A stretch of DNA of 18,404 nucleotides, from positions 1-18,404 of the forward strand of contig JBKHHG010000015.1 of the NCBI GenBank assembly GCA_046539225.1, given 5' to 3'. The notes beneath the pieces were generated by a model, which worked only from the letters and a program-made list of their open reading frames with translations, was not told the origin of the DNA and did not search any database. This document shows positions 14,995-18,404 of this stretch, one piece after another. Each line of letters starts with the position of its first letter. Position 1 is the first letter of the stretch. This stretch comes from Candidatus Nanohaloarchaea archaeon. GTDB lineage: Archaea; Nanohalarchaeota; Nanosalinia; Nanosalinales; Nanosalinaceae. The translations under genes were made by a program, and so were the position numbers.

Positions 14995-16128
14995 ATGATC
15001 CTCAAAAGAATGGTGAAAGAGGAGTGGAGAACCCAGTCCAAGCTTTATAAAGGCAGGAATCTTGCTTTACTGCCGGCTCTCGTATTTCTAATAACTTTTA
15101 TAGGTGCATTAGGAGTTGAAAAATTTTCAACAGCTCCTGTAGAAGATATAGGCCTTTTGATCACGGCGTTCGGGTTTTTCACAGGCCTCGCAGCGGGATC
15201 AATCGGTTTTTCAGGCAGCGACGCGGCCAAAAACGTCTTGGGCGACGCAAACTTCCTTGTCTTCAGCTCGAGAACTTTACCGGTCAGGAAAACCCGTTTA
15301 ATCACGTGTTTTCTGTTGAAAGACCTGCTGTTCTACACAGGCCTTTACCTGGTGCCTGTGGCGGCGGCCGCAGTTCTTGTATCGCCTGGACTCAAGATTT
15401 ACGCCTTTTACATGTCCCTACTCTTTGTTTCAGGCCTTGCTTTAAGCCTCGTGGCGGCCAACACTGCTGTAGGGATTCCTTCGCGGCTTAAACTCTTGAA
15501 CTATGGTAATATTCCGGCTCCGCCGGTCGCCCGTAAATCGGTTCTCGATGTTTCCCGGAGTAGCGGAGGCCTCTTCAAAATTCTGATGTCAATAGGTGTT
15601 TTGCTTGGACTGTATTACTACATCGTGAACTATGTTCCGATCGCGTCCTACCTGCTTTCCAACCCGCTGATGTCGTTTTCAGTGGTTTTAGGTATGATGT
15701 CTGTATCCATCTACAACTGGCTCAACACTTACGACACCGGACAAGATTACCTCTATTTACCTCTCCAGAAGGAAAAGCTGCTGAAATCAAAGTTCAAGGC
15801 CTTCAAAGCAATTTCAGCCGCTTTGATAGTTCCAACACTTACTTTATCTTACCTGGTGTACGGCGGTAACCTCTTGCTTTCTATCGCGACTGGATACATA
15901 ACCGCTTACTACATAGGAGCTATAACAATGCATGAAGCAGGCCTCAATCCCAACGAGGAGATGATAAACGCTGTAACGTTTACAAAGTTCCTGCTGCTGG
16001 TAAACGTTCTTGTCGTGCCGCTTCTCGCCCTTACATCTCTTGACCTGGATCCGGTCTATACTTTAGGTCTTCTTGTGCCGATGGCGGTGATAGCAAAGAT
16101 CATAGAAAAAAGACCTGTAAAGTTGTGA
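14995..16128 (+). CDS. ABC transporter permease (multi-pass membrane protein)
   Basis: About 10-11 hydrophobic segments, 2 nt after the ATPase. LPVRKTRL and YLYLPLQKEKLL are ABC-2-type loops in the two halves. Confidence 0.8.
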   Translation: MILKRMVKEEWRTQSKLYKGRNLALLPALVFLITFIGALGVEKFSTAPVEDIGLLITAFGFFTGLAAGSIGFSGSDAAKNVLGDANFLVFSSRTLPVRKTRLITCFLLKDLLFYTGLYLVPVAAAAVLVSPGLKIYAFYMSLLFVSGLALSLVAANTAVGIPSRLKLLNYGNIPAPPVARKSVLDVSRSSGGLFKILMSIGVLLGLYYYIVNYVPIASYLLSNPLMSFSVVLGMMSVSIYNWLNTYDTGQDYLYLPLQKEKLLKSKFKAFKAISAALIVPTLTLSYLVYGGNLLLSIATGYITAYYIGAITMHEAGLNPNEEMINAVTFTKFLLLVNVLVVPLLALTSLDLDPVYTLGLLVPMAVIAKIIEKRPVKL

Positions 16129-16160
16129 GTGGATAGTTATCAATTTTTAGCTGTTTTCTT

Positions 16161-16374
16161 GTGTATAGATGGAATAAAAAAATAGTATCTTTACCGAAGT
16201 CAGAGTCTCTAAAAGAAGCATTTGAAAAATACAGTAAAGGGCATTACAGGCCTCACAGCAGCCCGGGGAGAACAGAGAAAAGGAGTGCTCGACTACGTCT
16301 CAGAAGAGGATCTACATCAGTTCGACTCGGTTGAAGGATTCGAGGCCCTGGAGAAATCAGCGCTTGCGACTTAA
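16161..16374 (+). pseudogene. Probable frameshifted gene remnant (weak PIN/VapC C-terminus resemblance)
   Basis: Two protein-like frames overlap: ...SLPKSESLKEAFEKY and TVKGITGLTAARGEQRKGVLDYVSEEDLHQFDSVEGFEALEKSALAT*. ATG 16169 is followed at once by GAA TAA. Confidence 0.3.
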
Positions 16375-16439
16375 AAACTCGGAATTTCAAGGTTCTTCGG
16401 TACAATAATGGGTTTAAACCCTGAGTTGGAACAGTAGTT

Positions 16440-16691
16440 ATGGAGAATCTGTACCTGGTGATAGGCGTTCTGCTGCTTTTCTCCGGTATTGTAGGCTACG
16501 GATATACAGCCTCGGAAATGGAAGAATGTGGCTCAATTCTTGGAGAGCTGGATCAGTCCTTGGATGAGGATTCACAGCAGTACTGCAATAACATAGGATT
16601 AGCTAATTCAGCTTCCATAGGAGCTGCGGCAGTAGGCCTTATACTCTCAGCTGTAGGCCTTGTATCCCTGGCCCGTTTGAGAGAGAATTAA
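16440..16691 (+). CDS. Small two-TM membrane protein with a Cys pair in the loop
   Basis: TM1 LYLVIGVLLLFSGIVGYGY, acidic loop with two Cys, TM2 IGAAAVGLILSAVGLVSLA. TATA TTTAAAC at 16413-16419. Confidence 0.75.
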   Translation: MENLYLVIGVLLLFSGIVGYGYTASEMEECGSILGELDQSLDEDSQQYCNNIGLANSASIGAAAVGLILSAVGLVSLARLREN

Positions 16692-16699
16692 AAATTATC

Positions 16700-17329
16700 C
16701 TATCTCAATACGCCGCGTAGGGTCAGCTCGGCCACATTTTCCGAGAAACCCTTGAAAGAATGGTCTGCGCCCTCCACAGTTTCCATATTACAGTTAGGCA
16801 AGGCATCACAGATCCTCCTCGAGTTCTCAACACTCACTACCTCATCCCGGGTTCCATGAATAATCAATGTGGCCATATCAATACTTTCCAAGTATTCCTC
16901 ATCGACCGAGATATCTGTAGCCTCTGAGGCCTTCCCAAGCCTTTCAGATCTCCACTTATCCACGTTATACTCTCCAAATCCGATAGCTGGCGCCCAGAGA
17001 ACCATGAAATCCAACTGATCATTTCCGGGCCAGGTCAGGCCTAACTGCCCGCCAAAACTCTTTCCAAGAAGGCCTACAGACTCACATCCATTACTCTTCA
17101 ACAACTCAAAGGCCTCATACAGCCTGGCGTGAAGCATCTTTAGATTCATCCCCTCCAGGTCTTCGGCACCTTCCCAGGCATCGACACGCACAACACCGAA
17201 TTCACCTCTCACATCCTCGACAACCTCATCGAAAGGACTGCCGAAAGGCCCGCTGCTGATACCAGGGACCACTACCAGGCCTTGACTCGAACCGCTCTCA
17301 CTTTCTAAGATTAGATTATTCTTCGTCAT
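16700..17329 (-). CDS. Alpha/beta-fold hydrolase (serine hydrolase)
   Basis: Nucleophile elbow GKSFGG, acid in IIHGTRDEVV and His in EGADHSF. Confidence 0.9.
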   Translation of the reverse strand: MTKNNLILESESGSSQGLVVVPGISSGPFGSPFDEVVEDVRGEFGVVRVDAWEGAEDLEGMNLKMLHARLYEAFELLKSNGCESVGLLGKSFGGQLGLTWPGNDQLDFMVLWAPAIGFGEYNVDKWRSERLGKASEATDISVDEEYLESIDMATLIIHGTRDEVVSVENSRRICDALPNCNMETVEGADHSFKGFSENVAELTLRGVLR

Positions 17330-17335
17330 TATTTT

Positions 17336-17980
17336 TTAGGATAGTGCTTGAATTACGGCTTGCCATCCTTGATCTTCCTTTATTGGTTTTAGTATATTGT
17401 AGCCCTTAATGTAGGAGTCTGGATATTTGCTTATTTGAGTTTGTTCGCCTAGTTCCTCTTCTAAAAGAAGGGAGAAGCCTTCAATTTTAGGAAGGTTCTG
17501 ATTATATTTTTTTAGAATATCTTCTCTAAGGCCTCTGTATCCCTCTAAAAGTTCTTTATTTACTAAATAATATTTTTCATAATCATCTTCTATATCTAGG
17601 AAGGTTATATCATTATAATCTACTTCTAAGCTGTTTTCTACATTGCCGGGCAGTGTGAGTATTTCTTCTGTAAATTCCTCATTGAACAATCTTGACTCTA
17701 GACTATTTAACTCAGAATCGATCTGTCTTATCCTACGTCCATTTTCAGTGTTTTCAAAGTATGCGCCATGACCTGCTTCATGGATATAGTTATTTTTTAT
17801 TTCCCTTTCACTTTCGACATTTTTTATGAACCCCTCTAAATCTCGAGGTATGAATACTGCATCAGGATCTGTTATAAGAGATGTTTGAAGTTCATCTGTT
17901 ACAAAGAAATTGCTTTTTTCAACTGGCAGATCTATGTATTTAAGATGGTCTAAAACCTCTGGCGCTCTATATTTGTTCAT
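17336..17980 (-). CDS. Hypothetical protein with an HExxH zinc-metallopeptidase-like motif
   Basis: NNYIHEAGHGAYFE plus a downstream candidate third ligand in KIEGFS. ATG 17980 overlaps the upstream ORF. AT-rich. Confidence 0.6.
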   Translation of the reverse strand: MNKYRAPEVLDHLKYIDLPVEKSNFFVTDELQTSLITDPDAVFIPRDLEGFIKNVESEREIKNNYIHEAGHGAYFENTENGRRIRQIDSELNSLESRLFNEEFTEEILTLPGNVENSLEVDYNDITFLDIEDDYEKYYLVNKELLEGYRGLREDILKKYNQNLPKIEGFSLLLEEELGEQTQISKYPDSYIKGYNILKPIKEDQGWQAVIQALS

Positions 17981-18404
17981 AACCTTGTAGTGTATCCTGA
18001 GCAATTTCGGCTTTTTTCCTCGCTAGTTTGTACTCTACATCTTCAAGATTATCCATCAATGTTTCTTTATTTGAAAGAATATTTTCATTAAGTTGGGAAA
18101 TATCTTCTCTGCACTTTCGAAGAAATTCTTTGTCATACTCTCCTTCTTTCATCGCGTCAATCATCTTGTTTATTCCTTTATCTGCTAGTCCTTTGTTTTC
18201 GACTCTTCTAGCGCTCCATAAATAAAAACGTATCTTTTCTCGTTCTCCAAAGATTTTGCTGTAATCCAAATCTCTTAAAGACTCACTACTTTCAACACCT
18301 TCTATATTCAGGTCTTCTTCAATTACTCTTATGACTTGGTCTGGACGCCCTCCGCTCTCTAGAAACTCTGAAGTAACTCTCTCCATTTCTTGAATATACT
18401 GCTG
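17967..18404 (-). CDS. Hypothetical helical protein, possibly 5'-truncated by the window edge
   Basis: ATG at 18386, but the frame stays open to 18404 (QQYIQE-M...). AT-rich, no motif recognised. Confidence 0.6.
   Translation of the reverse strand, partial: QQYIQEMERVTSEFLESGGRPDQVIRVIEEDLNIEGVESSESLRDLDYSKIFGEREKIRFYLWSARRVENKGLADKGINKMIDAMKEGEYDKEFLRKCREDISQLNENILSNKETLMDNLEDVEYKLARKKAEIAQDTLQGYEQI

Larger units (their letters stand above)
407..17534. repeat. Highly iterated palindrome AGGCCT (about 80 dispersed copies)
   Basis: Hand count about 82 copies (first 407-412, last 17529-17534), against about 4.5 expected (18404/4096). Found in all three codon phases and in intergenic DNA. Confidence 0.9.

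Noticed and set aside
407..17534. AGGCCT copies as a CRISPR array or tandem repeat
   Set aside because: The unit is only 6 bp, irregularly spaced and mostly inside coding sequence. There is no repeat-spacer periodicity and no cas gene.

Overview
Archaeal chromosomal window. The Glu-rich acidic proteins at about 50% GC and the streamlined gene set suggest Nanohaloarchaeota/DPANN (inference). Gene order: a 5'-truncated RsmC-like methyltransferase, a GNAT acetyltransferase, rnp1, then the complete spc block (rps17, rpl14, rpl24, rps4e, rpl5, rps14, rps8, rpl6, rpl32e, rpl19e, rpl18, rps5, rpl30, rpl15, secY). Accessory genes follow: a collapsed ABC-2 pseudogene, DUF1405, a cold-shock protein, a degenerate Nudix, a DUF5667-like protein, a SWIM finger, a secreted SCP2-like protein with an ABC transporter, an alpha/beta hydrolase and an AT-rich terminal pair with an HExxH protein. 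Three signals stand out. (1) Three related 54-nt mini-ORF cassettes (17 codons, own GGTGA Shine-Dalgarno, TAATG overlap) sit exactly at the start codons of rpl24, rps8 and rps5. (2) The palindrome AGGCCT occurs about 80 times by hand count, against about 4-5 expected, in a HIP1-like pattern. (3) A highly structured leader of about 110 nt precedes the spc operon.
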